IMG/VR virus record: IMGVR_UViG_3300030392_001166
Span: 1-43,005 of that record
Direction: 5' to 3' (one strand)
DNA from: a virus
Taxonomy: Duplodnaviria; Caudoviricetes
DNA: 43,005 bases
Shown here piece by piece: positions 1-8,600 of this stretch (positions are counted from its first letter, which is position 1; every line of letters starts with the position of its first letter). Made by a program: the position numbers and the translations under genes. Under the pieces are notes generated by a model. That model saw nothing but the letters and a program-made list of their open reading frames with translations, did no database searches and was not told the origin of the DNA.

Positions 1-1
1 T

Positions 2-80
2 AGCAACCGTCATAAATTTCAGAAATTTTATTTAAGAGTCTCTTATCTAGGAGTAGATAAAGGTTAACCTAAAAAAAATT
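2..80 (+). repeat. 79-bp terminal direct repeat, left copy
   Basis: agcaaccgtc...aaaaaaaatt is identical to 42927-43005; base 1 (t) differs from 42926 (a). Confidence 0.97.
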
Positions 81-121
81 TTCGAAAAATTTTCGCGATG
101 TTCTTTTTGACTTTTTTTAGC

Positions 122-145
122 TTGACCCCCTTTCCTTGTTATAAT
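122..145 (+). promoter_or_regulatory. Putative sigma70-type extended -10 promoter for the late operon
   Basis: TG-t-TATAAT at 137-145, about 35 nt before the ATG at 182; TTGACC at 122-127 has a non-canonical spacing. Confidence 0.55.
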
Positions 146-181
146 ACCCTATATGTACGCTAAAAACGGATCGTTTCCTTT

Positions 182-652
182 ATGAAAAAAGAAGAGACAC
201 AAGTAAGAGCAATAGCGCGATTGGTGGCATTGGGGTTTAGTGTGGAGATGGCATGTAAGCGTTTCTATATAGAAGATCCTAAATTGATAGAATCCTGGAA
301 GCGTACAGCCCAAGGGGATCTCTTTAAGGGAATAGTAAGAGACTTTCAGGAGAAGATCGAAGCAGACTTAATAGATGATGCCGTAGGAGATCCAGAGTAC
401 CATAAGTTAAAAGTGTTACGGAGGAAATCCTGGGACAGAGTAGAATATGAGATAGACAATTTTGACCGAGAGGATGAGGGAGCCACTAGCTCTTCTAGGC
501 TTACAGCATCTAAGATGGCTATTGCAGGAAGTGAACCTCTTAAGGAAGATGATGACTATAAGACTATTAAGTTACAGCTCTCAGAGTCACTACTTACAAA
601 GTGTCTGGGAACTGAGGGACCCCGTGAGATGCCGCCGCAGGTAACGGGCTAA
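182..652 (+). CDS. Putative terminase small subunit
   Basis: 156-aa charged, helical-looking protein with an HTH-like N-terminus; TAATG-coupled directly upstream of terL. Confidence 0.6.
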   Translation: MKKEETQVRAIARLVALGFSVEMACKRFYIEDPKLIESWKRTAQGDLFKGIVRDFQEKIEADLIDDAVGDPEYHKLKVLRRKSWDRVEYEIDNFDREDEGATSSSRLTASKMAIAGSEPLKEDDDYKTIKLQLSESLLTKCLGTEGPREMPPQVTG

Positions 653-2310
653 TGGCGTATATTCCCCCAGATCCTACCTTAGCTGCTCTCAGGAAGTCTT
701 GTCTTTCTAGCTTTGCACGGTTCTGTAATATCTTCCAAGGGGAGGATTGGTTCGAGGATGGAGTCCACCAAGACCTTTGCGATTTTATCCAACATAATAT
801 AGAGAAGGCTCTTCTTGCGGGAGATACTTCCGCTAAGATTATGGTTGTCATGGGCCGAGGAACTCTAAAGACTACTTTCTGCACCAAACTCCTTCCTATC
901 TGGCTTACTCTTCCCAAAGAACATGATCCTTGGACTAGGTATGATTGCCCAGGCTTTCGTACCCTTATAGCTACTAACACTTATACCAACGCTAAGAACA
1001 AACTAGCAGACATCAAGGGTATGTTCGATAGGGAAGATGCCTTTAAAGCTATGTTCCCAGATCTCCTTAATAATACAGGAAAGGGCTGGACAGCAGAAAG
1101 CCTTACTGTTAATAGGAAAAGGTATTGGCCAGAGGCTACCTTTACTCCAGCTGGAGTGGGCACAAGGCTTATTGGTGCCCATTATAATATTATCATAGAG
1201 GATGATACTACGGCCCCTGACGAAAGTGATCTTAAGATGGATATCCTAACCCCATCTATAGAGACTATAGAAAAGGCTGTAGGCTGGCACAAGCAAGGTG
1301 TACCTCTTATGATTAGGGGTAACGCTTTTAATCTAAGATTAATAGTCTCTACTCGTTGGTCTGAGTTCGATCTAGTTAATTTCATTAAGGAAGAGGGCCA
1401 CGGTTGGAACGTCTTTGATATGCCTACGGAAAAAGAGGATGGTAGTCCTAACTTTCCTAAGGTTCATAAGCCTAAAGTTCTAGAAGAGATTAAGAAAGAT
1501 GTAGGGCCATATATCTGGAGTTGCCTGTATCAGAACAAACCTATAGATCAGGCCATGAAGGTTTTCCAGGATCAGTGGATACATTACGTTGAGCCAGGAG
1601 AGGTACCAGATGAGGGATACTATTCTGTAGCTATAGATCCTGCTATTTCTGAGAAAGATGAGGCTTGCGAGACAGCCGTTACTAGAGTAAAGCATGTTAT
1701 GAAGAATGGTAGGCATCCCTTCCAGTATTGGGACCGCGCAGTTCATGGCCGTATGAATCCAGCAGACCAGGTAAAGGCTTGCCTAGACCTAGTAGAGGAA
1801 GATCCCGAACATACCAAGGCCCTTATAGTAGAGGCTACGGCTTGGCAAGATGCTCTTAGGTTCTATCTAACAGATGAGATGATACGCCGGGAGCTTAAGG
1901 TTCCCATTATAGCGTTTCGCTCTAGGGCTTCTAAGGATATACGAATCCAAGGTCTAGTTCCCTATTTCTCAGGTCATAGACTCTTCCTAGTAAGAGGTAT
2001 CTCTACCCGTGTAGAAAAGCAACTCCGACAATACCCGTTTGGCAGACTCGTAGATATCCTAGACTCTTTCGCTATGCATTATAAGGCCCTTAAAAACGAG
2101 CGACATATCCCTAGACCTAAGAAGATTTCTAAGTCCTACGATCCTTTCTCTTGGGACAACATCATAAAAGAAATAGAAGAAAAGCAAATGTCAGAAGGAC
2201 GTCGTCCTAGGCCAGGGGCTATGCAAGATTCCTACGAACTAGCACTAGGAGTCGATTCTGGTTTTGAGGATGCTCCTTTTGAATTTAACTTCCTAAAAGA
2301 GGACTATTAA
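652..2310 (+). CDS. terL: Terminase large subunit
   Basis: Walker A-like MGRGTLKTT, Walker B IIIEDD, motif III VSTRW, nuclease-domain AIDPAIS and DILDS. Confidence 0.93.
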   Translation: MAYIPPDPTLAALRKSCLSSFARFCNIFQGEDWFEDGVHQDLCDFIQHNIEKALLAGDTSAKIMVVMGRGTLKTTFCTKLLPIWLTLPKEHDPWTRYDCPGFRTLIATNTYTNAKNKLADIKGMFDREDAFKAMFPDLLNNTGKGWTAESLTVNRKRYWPEATFTPAGVGTRLIGAHYNIIIEDDTTAPDESDLKMDILTPSIETIEKAVGWHKQGVPLMIRGNAFNLRLIVSTRWSEFDLVNFIKEEGHGWNVFDMPTEKEDGSPNFPKVHKPKVLEEIKKDVGPYIWSCLYQNKPIDQAMKVFQDQWIHYVEPGEVPDEGYYSVAIDPAISEKDEACETAVTRVKHVMKNGRHPFQYWDRAVHGRMNPADQVKACLDLVEEDPEHTKALIVEATAWQDALRFYLTDEMIRRELKVPIIAFRSRASKDIRIQGLVPYFSGHRLFLVRGISTRVEKQLRQYPFGRLVDILDSFAMHYKALKNERHIPRPKKISKSYDPFSWDNIIKEIEEKQMSEGRRPRPGAMQDSYELALGVDSGFEDAPFEFNFLKEDY

Positions 2311-2311
2311 G

Positions 2312-2977
2312 ATGGGCTGGCAATACCTAGGAACAATAAGATCCTCTGCTCCCACTGATGCAGATTTCACTCATACTAATAATACTCAAAGAGTTCAACG
2401 CTTAGCTGCTGTACATGCTGTAAACCTAGTGGCTTCAGCAAATACTCTAGCTATTACAGGTAGGATAGGTTCCACTAATGCTGTCGAACTAGATACCTTT
2501 AGTTTTTCAGCAGACGACGAATATCACGGCTATACGGGAAATGATATAAAGCACCATATCATAGAAGTGGGACAGTCTATAGTACTGAACCAAACCGCAG
2601 ATACTAATTACGAATACGAAATAGTCCTAGAGACTGCCGTACACGAAAAAACTGGTTGGAACTTTGCGGGAGTGTATAGTAGCGCAGGAACTACTACCTC
2701 AGATTTTACCTACACGAATAACACCCAGAAACTTCAGCGTTGCTCTCAGGTACAAATAGAATCTACTTCAGGCACTCCTGTTATAACTATAGATGGTCTA
2801 ATAGCGGGAAATTCAGCAGCCCTAGAGTCTCATACATTTGCTGGTTCGAATGCCCTTTTCACCTATGTTTCTAATGCCCTAGTAAATCATATTATCATAC
2901 CAGGAGAAACCATAATAATAAACGAGAATTCTGCTGGCACCTATTTATATACCCTAGTAATAGAAAACGCGACATGA
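2312..2977 (+). CDS. Hypothetical beta-rich protein made of two tandem ~110-aa repeats (probable virion protein)
   Basis: GWQYLG..DFTHTNNTQRVQR is repeated as GWNFAG..DFTYTNNTQKLQR; rich in Thr/Ser/Asn. Confidence 0.75.
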   Translation: MGWQYLGTIRSSAPTDADFTHTNNTQRVQRLAAVHAVNLVASANTLAITGRIGSTNAVELDTFSFSADDEYHGYTGNDIKHHIIEVGQSIVLNQTADTNYEYEIVLETAVHEKTGWNFAGVYSSAGTTTSDFTYTNNTQKLQRCSQVQIESTSGTPVITIDGLIAGNSAALESHTFAGSNALFTYVSNALVNHIIIPGETIIINENSAGTYLYTLVIENAT

Positions 2978-3288
2978 AGTGGACTCCTATAGCTCCTGTA
3001 ACTGGTACGGTTACCGGTATATCGCATACAAATACTACCCAAAGGGTGCAACGAGTAAAGGGTCTATATGCAATTTATCTTGCAGGTTCTGGTGGAGCTG
3101 CTGTATTGACTACTACTATAGGTAGTCAATCAAGTATAGCCCTGGAAACCTTAACAGTAAATAGCTCCAATCCATTTCAATATTTTAGTTCAATGGTAGA
3201 CTATATACTACAAGTTGATCAGGGTATTATTCTAAGTGGATCTTTTCTAATAGCTTGTCAACTGTCCTTAGAGGTTCCTTTTGGCTAA
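2974..3288 (+). CDS. Single-domain paralog of the preceding repeat protein
   Basis: MKW..ISHTNTTQRVQR..IALET..ILQVDQGIIL..LSLE aligns with both repeats; ATGA overlap with the previous gene. Confidence 0.75.
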   Translation: MKWTPIAPVTGTVTGISHTNTTQRVQRVKGLYAIYLAGSGGAAVLTTTIGSQSSIALETLTVNSSNPFQYFSSMVDYILQVDQGIILSGSFLIACQLSLEVPFG

Positions 3289-3517
3289 GAGCAACATAGA
3301 TATTTCCCTTTTCAAGGACCATCAAGAAAGAAACCTAGATGATCCAGAAATAATGAGGCGCTTAAACCTTTTTACCGAACAGTCAGACCAAAGTATAAGT
3401 GACATAACAGAACCAACAGGTATAAATGGAAACTTTGTCGTTACGAATGAACGGGGTACCGGTAGTATCCTTCTTACTGTTACTGATGGGCTTGTTACTA
3501 GTTCCAGAAGTATCTAG
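3281..3517 (+). CDS. Small hypothetical protein, possible minor virion protein
   Basis: TTG start with GAGG upstream; C-terminal GINGNF...LTVTDGLVTS resembles a short beta motif common in phage structural proteins. Confidence 0.55.
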   Translation: MAKSNIDISLFKDHQERNLDDPEIMRRLNLFTEQSDQSISDITEPTGINGNFVVTNERGTGSILLTVTDGLVTSSRSI

Positions 3518-4361
3518 GGCATTCCCAGAAAATGTAGCAGTAGATAGTGGAACAAGGATTCAGTCTAATACTAGAGCTACTCACCTTACTAGGGATGATA
3601 ATCGCTTTCGTGCTTTACTTGCTGTAGTTACAAATGATGTAGTAATACATACGCAGTTAGTAAACTATGTAATTGCGGCTCTTGCTCCGCATACTACGAC
3701 CACGAGCACTACGAGTACGAGCACGACATTAGTTCCGAATATAGTATACTTTTACAACTTTAGCAGAAGTGAGACCCCACAAACGAATGAAATAGGAAGT
3801 GCTTTTAACATGGTAGTAGATGGGGCTGTCTTTAACTCTGGTGTAGGTGGCCACTATGTATATGATGGTATAAACGACAATATGGATAGTGCCACAGCTA
3901 TGAGTGAAGTATCCGTAGCGAATGCGTTTACTATCTCCTGTTGGATGAAACCAAATGACAGAACTGACAACTACCAAACGTGTATAGCAGTATCACACTC
4001 TAGTGCTAACAGAATAATCCTGGGAACAGGATCGGATGCAGATAGATTTTTAGCAGCAATATATGATGGTTCCTACACCGTAGATGGTGGTGACTGGAAT
4101 ATGATAAATGGAAAATGGTATCATCTTCTTATGACTCATACTGCGGCCAATGTAGTAAATCTCTGGGTAAATGGAACCAACCAAACAGGAAGTGCAAGCG
4201 CAAGTACAGCAAGTACAGTAGGAACTACCTTTGGAAATAGAACCTCTGAAAGTTTCCAAGCCCTAGATGGCAGTATGGATGAACTCGTAATTGTAAGTGA
4301 AGTAGTATCGGATGCAAATGTTCAAGTTTTATATCAAGCTGGTAGTGTTACTAAGCCTTAG
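3426..4361 (+). CDS. LamG/concanavalin A-like lectin domain protein with putative signal peptide and Thr-rich linker (start may be 3447 or 3486)
   Basis: YDGIND, FTISCWMK, GKWYHLLMT, LWVNG, LDGSMDELVI are typical LamG-3 motifs; hydrophobic N-terminus ending SRA; HTTTTSTTSTSTT linker. Confidence 0.85.
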   Translation: METLSLRMNGVPVVSFLLLLMGLLLVPEVSRAFPENVAVDSGTRIQSNTRATHLTRDDNRFRALLAVVTNDVVIHTQLVNYVIAALAPHTTTTSTTSTSTTLVPNIVYFYNFSRSETPQTNEIGSAFNMVVDGAVFNSGVGGHYVYDGINDNMDSATAMSEVSVANAFTISCWMKPNDRTDNYQTCIAVSHSSANRIILGTGSDADRFLAAIYDGSYTVDGGDWNMINGKWYHLLMTHTAANVVNLWVNGTNQTGSASASTASTVGTTFGNRTSESFQALDGSMDELVIVSEVVSDANVQVLYQAGSVTKP

Positions 4362-4734
4362 TAGCTCAGTAGCTTTAGCCACAATTCAGTGGAAGGAAAA
4401 GGTAGGACTTGAACGGCCTACTGTAGTGGAATGTTTTTGGATAGTAGAGTTTACGAATACAGTGCTTCCTTTTACGCATTTTCTAATGTATGGCATAGAG
4501 TCTGAATGGCTGGCTAGCTCTAATACGATAAAAGGCTGTATAGCAGATCTAAAGAGTGGAGCAATTCCAACAGATGCACAACTGAAAGTAAACATGGACA
4601 CTTGTATAGGAAATGATAAGATCAAAACATTCCAAGTAATAGCCAACGATGTAGGTAAGCAATTCAAGGAGACTCATACTACTGTTATACCAGTAGAACC
4701 TGGTACTACCAGTACAACCACAGCAGGTATATAA
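4318..4734 (+). CDS. Putative secreted hypothetical protein
   Basis: MFKFYIKLVVLLSLSSSVALA with an A-x-A cleavage site; Thr-rich C-terminus; start at 4312 or 4318. Confidence 0.65.
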   Translation: MFKFYIKLVVLLSLSSSVALATIQWKEKVGLERPTVVECFWIVEFTNTVLPFTHFLMYGIESEWLASSNTIKGCIADLKSGAIPTDAQLKVNMDTCIGNDKIKTFQVIANDVGKQFKETHTTVIPVEPGTTSTTTAGI

Positions 4735-4735
4735 T

Positions 4736-5311
4736 ATGAAAAAAGGAGTAATTCTATGGCTCTTCGCGGCCACACTAAGTCACAACAGTCTGCTATGCGC
4801 GCAGCAGATAGATCCAGATCTACTTCCTCCGGTAAACGAGGAAGTTCCACTAGTACTAGAAGCACTAGCAAAGGAGGCTCCTTTAGTAAACGGGACAGTA
4901 AGTGAAGATGGCGGTTTTGGTATGTGGGTAGATATAATGGCTGTCAGGGGTAAGACCAAGGGTGATGGCCTTATGGGATTTGTAACAGTACCGACTGAGA
5001 TAGGAAAGAGCGTAGGAACGCAAGTAGCAAGTGATCCAGGGGAGAGCCTTTTAGGTGTACTCCTCATGGGACTAACAGTAGATCAGATAGGTAATGGCGG
5101 TGACGTAACGCAAGGCCTTATAGATACTGTTCGTGGTAGTTCTGGAGATAGCTCATCTACTCCTCCTGTAGACCGCTTTGGTGATCGGGACTTTGCAACA
5201 GCTACAGCAGACTCTTGTACCGCAGCCGCTATGCACTCTAAGGATATTACTCTTGATCGTTCCTCTAGTGGAACCTGTAATATTGAAATTTCTACAACTT
5301 CGGATGAATGA
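4736..5311 (+). CDS. Putative secreted/membrane hypothetical protein
   Basis: MKKGVILWLFAAT signal-like N-terminus; second hydrophobic stretch LLGVLLMGL; two C-terminal Cys. Confidence 0.65.
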   Translation: MKKGVILWLFAATLSHNSLLCAQQIDPDLLPPVNEEVPLVLEALAKEAPLVNGTVSEDGGFGMWVDIMAVRGKTKGDGLMGFVTVPTEIGKSVGTQVASDPGESLLGVLLMGLTVDQIGNGGDVTQGLIDTVRGSSGDSSSTPPVDRFGDRDFATATADSCTAAAMHSKDITLDRSSSGTCNIEISTTSDE

Positions 5312-5312
5312 T

Positions 5313-5480
5313 ATGGAACAACAGCATATAGAACACGCTCCACACGATACCGCACATAATATCCTACATACCGTAGGAGATGTAGTAGGTTACTGGTGGA
5401 TATTAGCACTCCTAGCAGTAGGCGCAGTAGCGTTCTTTCGCAAGAAACTAATAAGCATCTTAAAGAGAATGGGTGACTAA
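5313..5480 (+). CDS. Small single-TM membrane protein with His-rich N-terminus
   Basis: ATG immediately after the previous stop; WWILALLAVGAVAFF followed by RKK. Confidence 0.6.
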   Translation: MEQQHIEHAPHDTAHNILHTVGDVVGYWWILALLAVGAVAFFRKKLISILKRMGD

Positions 5481-5671
5481 TGTCAAATGGAAATGCTTAT
5501 TGTTGGGATATAGCAAAACAAGTACCGCAGTTAGCAGTACTTTCATTACTTACATATTGGTTCTTAAACACACTCACAGCCCTGCATATTAGTACTGTAA
5601 GCACTATATCTGAGAACAGCGCAGTTCTCTCCCAAGTACAAATGCTTTTAGTAAAACTAAACGGACACTAA
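5480..5671 (+). CDS. Small membrane protein (holin-like candidate)
   Basis: TAATG coupling; hydrophobic segment LAVLSLLTYWFL followed by a heptad-like tail. Confidence 0.5.
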   Translation: MSNGNAYCWDIAKQVPQLAVLSLLTYWFLNTLTALHISTVSTISENSAVLSQVQMLLVKLNGH

Positions 5672-5672
5672 A

Positions 5673-7409
5673 ATGGCAGTATCTAAAGAGTTTAAAGGCT
5701 CCGGGGCCTGGTGGAAAGAACGCCTAGTTAAGGGCCTTCGCTTTCGTCACGATCATGCTCATGAGAAGCGATGGAATAACATCCAAGAGTGGTACTCGAA
5801 TAAGAAAGTCGACCCACGGCAACCGCACTTTAACCTTATCTATATGTTTGCGTCCAGCTCAATGCCAGCTCTTATCTTTAATAGACCTGGTATCGTCAAT
5901 ACCCCCAGGAGTCCCCAATATACAGCATGTGCTAGTTTCTTTGACTCTATAGATAACTGGCTAGTGGATGAAACAGAAATAAAAGCTGCCGGTGAGCAAG
6001 CTGCTCTAGAGGCCTTTCTCTTTAATACTGCTACTTTCTTCGTAGGGTATGACTTCCCTGAGAATATTCTTTCCCCTGAGGAGGAGATGGCCTTTCCTCA
6101 TGTTCCTAACCTTATGGATAGGAGTCGCCGGTTTAATATGCCTTACCTAGATATGGTTCCCGCTAAGAGGATGATCTATGCGCCAGGAACTAAGACGATA
6201 AGGAATTGTCCTTGGGCTGCTAGGCTTTTAAGTGTTCCCGTAAAGGCTCTTAAGAACAAGCCTAAGGTACGGAAGAAGTTTATTCAGGCTGGCTTTGTAC
6301 CTGACTGGCTCAAGAGATCCCTAGGTAACAAGTGGATGCAAGATGATCTTAATATGCATGGCTTCCAAGAGGTCTATCAGGTTCACGACGCTGAGAAGCA
6401 GGAGTGGTTCTGGCTCACGGAGTCTGGAGAGTTCCTTATGGGACCAGAAGAAGACCCTTTCCAGATAGATGGTCTACCCTTTGAGCACCTTACGTTCAAT
6501 AAGGACCCTGATACTATCTGGGGAACTCCAGACTCCTTGTATATCGAGACACAGTTTAGAGAGCTGAATGAGATCAAGAGAGACAGCAGAAAACAGCGGC
6601 GTGTAGCACTCCTAAAAGCCTTTGTCCTGGCTGATGTTCTCTCTGATGAACAAAAGGACAAGCTAATAAATGGCGATCCTATGTCCGTTATCGAGGTAGA
6701 AAACATGGGAGATCGTAAGATACAAGACGTAATTATGACTCTCCAGCCTCATGTACAATTAGAATTTAGGGAGGAGAAAAAGGATATCCTCAACGAAGCA
6801 CAACTCCTAGCGGGAACTGGACCTAATCAGGTTGGTACATTCGCTCCAGGACGGCGAACGAAGTTTGAAGCTCAAATCGTCGAAGAGCGAAGTCTCCTTA
6901 GAACTGGTTCCCGAAGAAACAAACTGGCTGACAATATTGCTGGTATAGTTTCTAAGTATAATCAGTACATTCTAGAAAACTGGAATGCGCCAATTGTAAT
7001 GCAAGTCCTAGGAGTAGATGGTGCTCTCTATTGGGTGTCTGCTCCTCCCGCTAAGTTTAAGAATATTTCTTCACAACTAACCACAAAGGTAAATGTTGAA
7101 TCTATGGCACCGATTTCTAGGGATCGTAAGAAGGAAGAACTCATGGCTCTCATACAGACCCTTACTAAATTCCCCGGAGCTAACCCTCTTCCTCTTATTC
7201 AGTCCTTTGTCAGTAGTTTTGATTGGGGTGATGTGTCTAAAGTCTTACCTGTCGGGAACAATCAACCACTTTCCTTAGGGGAATTTCAGAATGATCAAGC
7301 CTCTAGACTGCAAGACCCCAATGTAGGAGGTATAGCGGCTGGAAATTTACAAAACGTAGGAAGAACGGTAAACGCTCTTCCGCAACTACAGGAGGCAGGA
7401 AATGCCTGA
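5673..7409 (+). CDS. Portal protein
   Basis: 578 aa; lies between terL and scaffold/capsid; features GLPF..L.F..P..IWG, ELNEI and G..P.RTKFEAQI resemble podovirus-type portals. Confidence 0.8.
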   Translation: MAVSKEFKGSGAWWKERLVKGLRFRHDHAHEKRWNNIQEWYSNKKVDPRQPHFNLIYMFASSSMPALIFNRPGIVNTPRSPQYTACASFFDSIDNWLVDETEIKAAGEQAALEAFLFNTATFFVGYDFPENILSPEEEMAFPHVPNLMDRSRRFNMPYLDMVPAKRMIYAPGTKTIRNCPWAARLLSVPVKALKNKPKVRKKFIQAGFVPDWLKRSLGNKWMQDDLNMHGFQEVYQVHDAEKQEWFWLTESGEFLMGPEEDPFQIDGLPFEHLTFNKDPDTIWGTPDSLYIETQFRELNEIKRDSRKQRRVALLKAFVLADVLSDEQKDKLINGDPMSVIEVENMGDRKIQDVIMTLQPHVQLEFREEKKDILNEAQLLAGTGPNQVGTFAPGRRTKFEAQIVEERSLLRTGSRRNKLADNIAGIVSKYNQYILENWNAPIVMQVLGVDGALYWVSAPPAKFKNISSQLTTKVNVESMAPISRDRKKEELMALIQTLTKFPGANPLPLIQSFVSSFDWGDVSKVLPVGNNQPLSLGEFQNDQASRLQDPNVGGIAAGNLQNVGRTVNALPQLQEAGNA

Positions 7410-7887
7410 TAAACATGTGGCAACAGTAACGGTCAAGCTCTACGGGATCTATGGAAATCCTGAGGTAGAGATAGAAGGGGATGTTCAGGACTCTCATATC
7501 CGAGTGCTTCTCCCTGCTATTAGGCAACATTATATGACTGTCTATTTGCCTAAGAAGACTAAAGAAGCGATGGCTAAAAAGAAAGCTAGCTGGGCTAAGA
7601 CTGAGGATAAGTCTAATGCGGCTCTTGCTAAGGCTGAGGCAGCTTTCGAAGCCCTGGATCAGAACTTCAGCGATAGGGATAGACTCTTAGAGATTGTAGG
7701 ATTTTATAATGATCTCCTAGAACTCAGGCCTACTAACCAAATCGCGAAAATGCGGATCAAGGTTTTAGAGGACCAAGTAAGGTATCTCAATGCAGAAAAA
7801 GCTGCTAATGATGCGGCAGAAACAGAAAAGATAGAAGAGGCCGATGCTTCTTCTCCAGACGCAGAAACAGAAACAGTAGGAGTGTAA
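7402..7887 (+). CDS. Hypothetical protein (head module)
   Basis: GGAGG upstream; overlaps the portal stop; charged, coiled-coil-like. Confidence 0.7.
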   Translation: MPDKHVATVTVKLYGIYGNPEVEIEGDVQDSHIRVLLPAIRQHYMTVYLPKKTKEAMAKKKASWAKTEDKSNAALAKAEAAFEALDQNFSDRDRLLEIVGFYNDLLELRPTNQIAKMRIKVLEDQVRYLNAEKAANDAAETEKIEEADASSPDAETETVGV

Positions 7888-7888
7888 A

Positions 7889-8575
7889 ATGGCTAAAGAG
7901 CCAGAAAAAGCGAGTAAACCCACCTGGGAAGAAATAGTAGAATCAGCAAATGACCCTGCAATGGTACATGCCCTGGCAGCTAAACACGGCCTTAAAGTGG
8001 TACAGGAGGGAGAAGAAGCTCCTCCTGTACCGGAGAAAAGGGAAGTGAGAAAGCCAGATAACATCATAATCGATAAAGAGGGTGATGTTGCAGATAGTAT
8101 AGAAAAGGCATTCCATAAACTCACAGCAGATCTTGTTGCCTATGTAGATGGCAAGGTGGACCTAGGAGTTAACTCGGTTAAGTCCGAAGTTGAGACTACT
8201 AACAGACAGGCCAAGGATAAAGAGATCAATGACTTTGTTGCGAAAGCGAAAGAAGAAGTTGGTCAGGAAGAATACGCCAAGATATTCCAAGACTTTAATA
8301 CTTTCTACCAAGGTGGTGGAGATATAGAAAGGGCTTGGAATAAGGCAAAAGCCGCGAATGGCATTAACAAAGTGGACGAAGGAGATGGCAAAAAAGAAGG
8401 GGGAACAACCCGACCTAAGGTCGCTGCGACTCCCCCTTCGGTTGCTTTATCTTCTGCTGATGAAGAACTTGAAAATGAAAACCCTAAACCTGTGTATGTC
8501 GAAAAAGCACGGGATGCTGCCGAAAGACACTTAAAAGAATTAGTAGCTAACGAGGGAGATTCCTGGTTGTCTTAG
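7889..8575 (+). CDS. Putative capsid scaffolding protein
   Basis: AGGAG RBS; highly charged helical protein directly before the capsid gene, with a Pro/Ser linker and C-terminal helix. Confidence 0.65.
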   Translation: MAKEPEKASKPTWEEIVESANDPAMVHALAAKHGLKVVQEGEEAPPVPEKREVRKPDNIIIDKEGDVADSIEKAFHKLTADLVAYVDGKVDLGVNSVKSEVETTNRQAKDKEINDFVAKAKEEVGQEEYAKIFQDFNTFYQGGGDIERAWNKAKAANGINKVDEGDGKKEGGTTRPKVAATPPSVALSSADEELENENPKPVYVEKARDAAERHLKELVANEGDSWLS

Positions 8576-8600
8576 GATCTTTCTTCTTAGGAGAAAAAAA

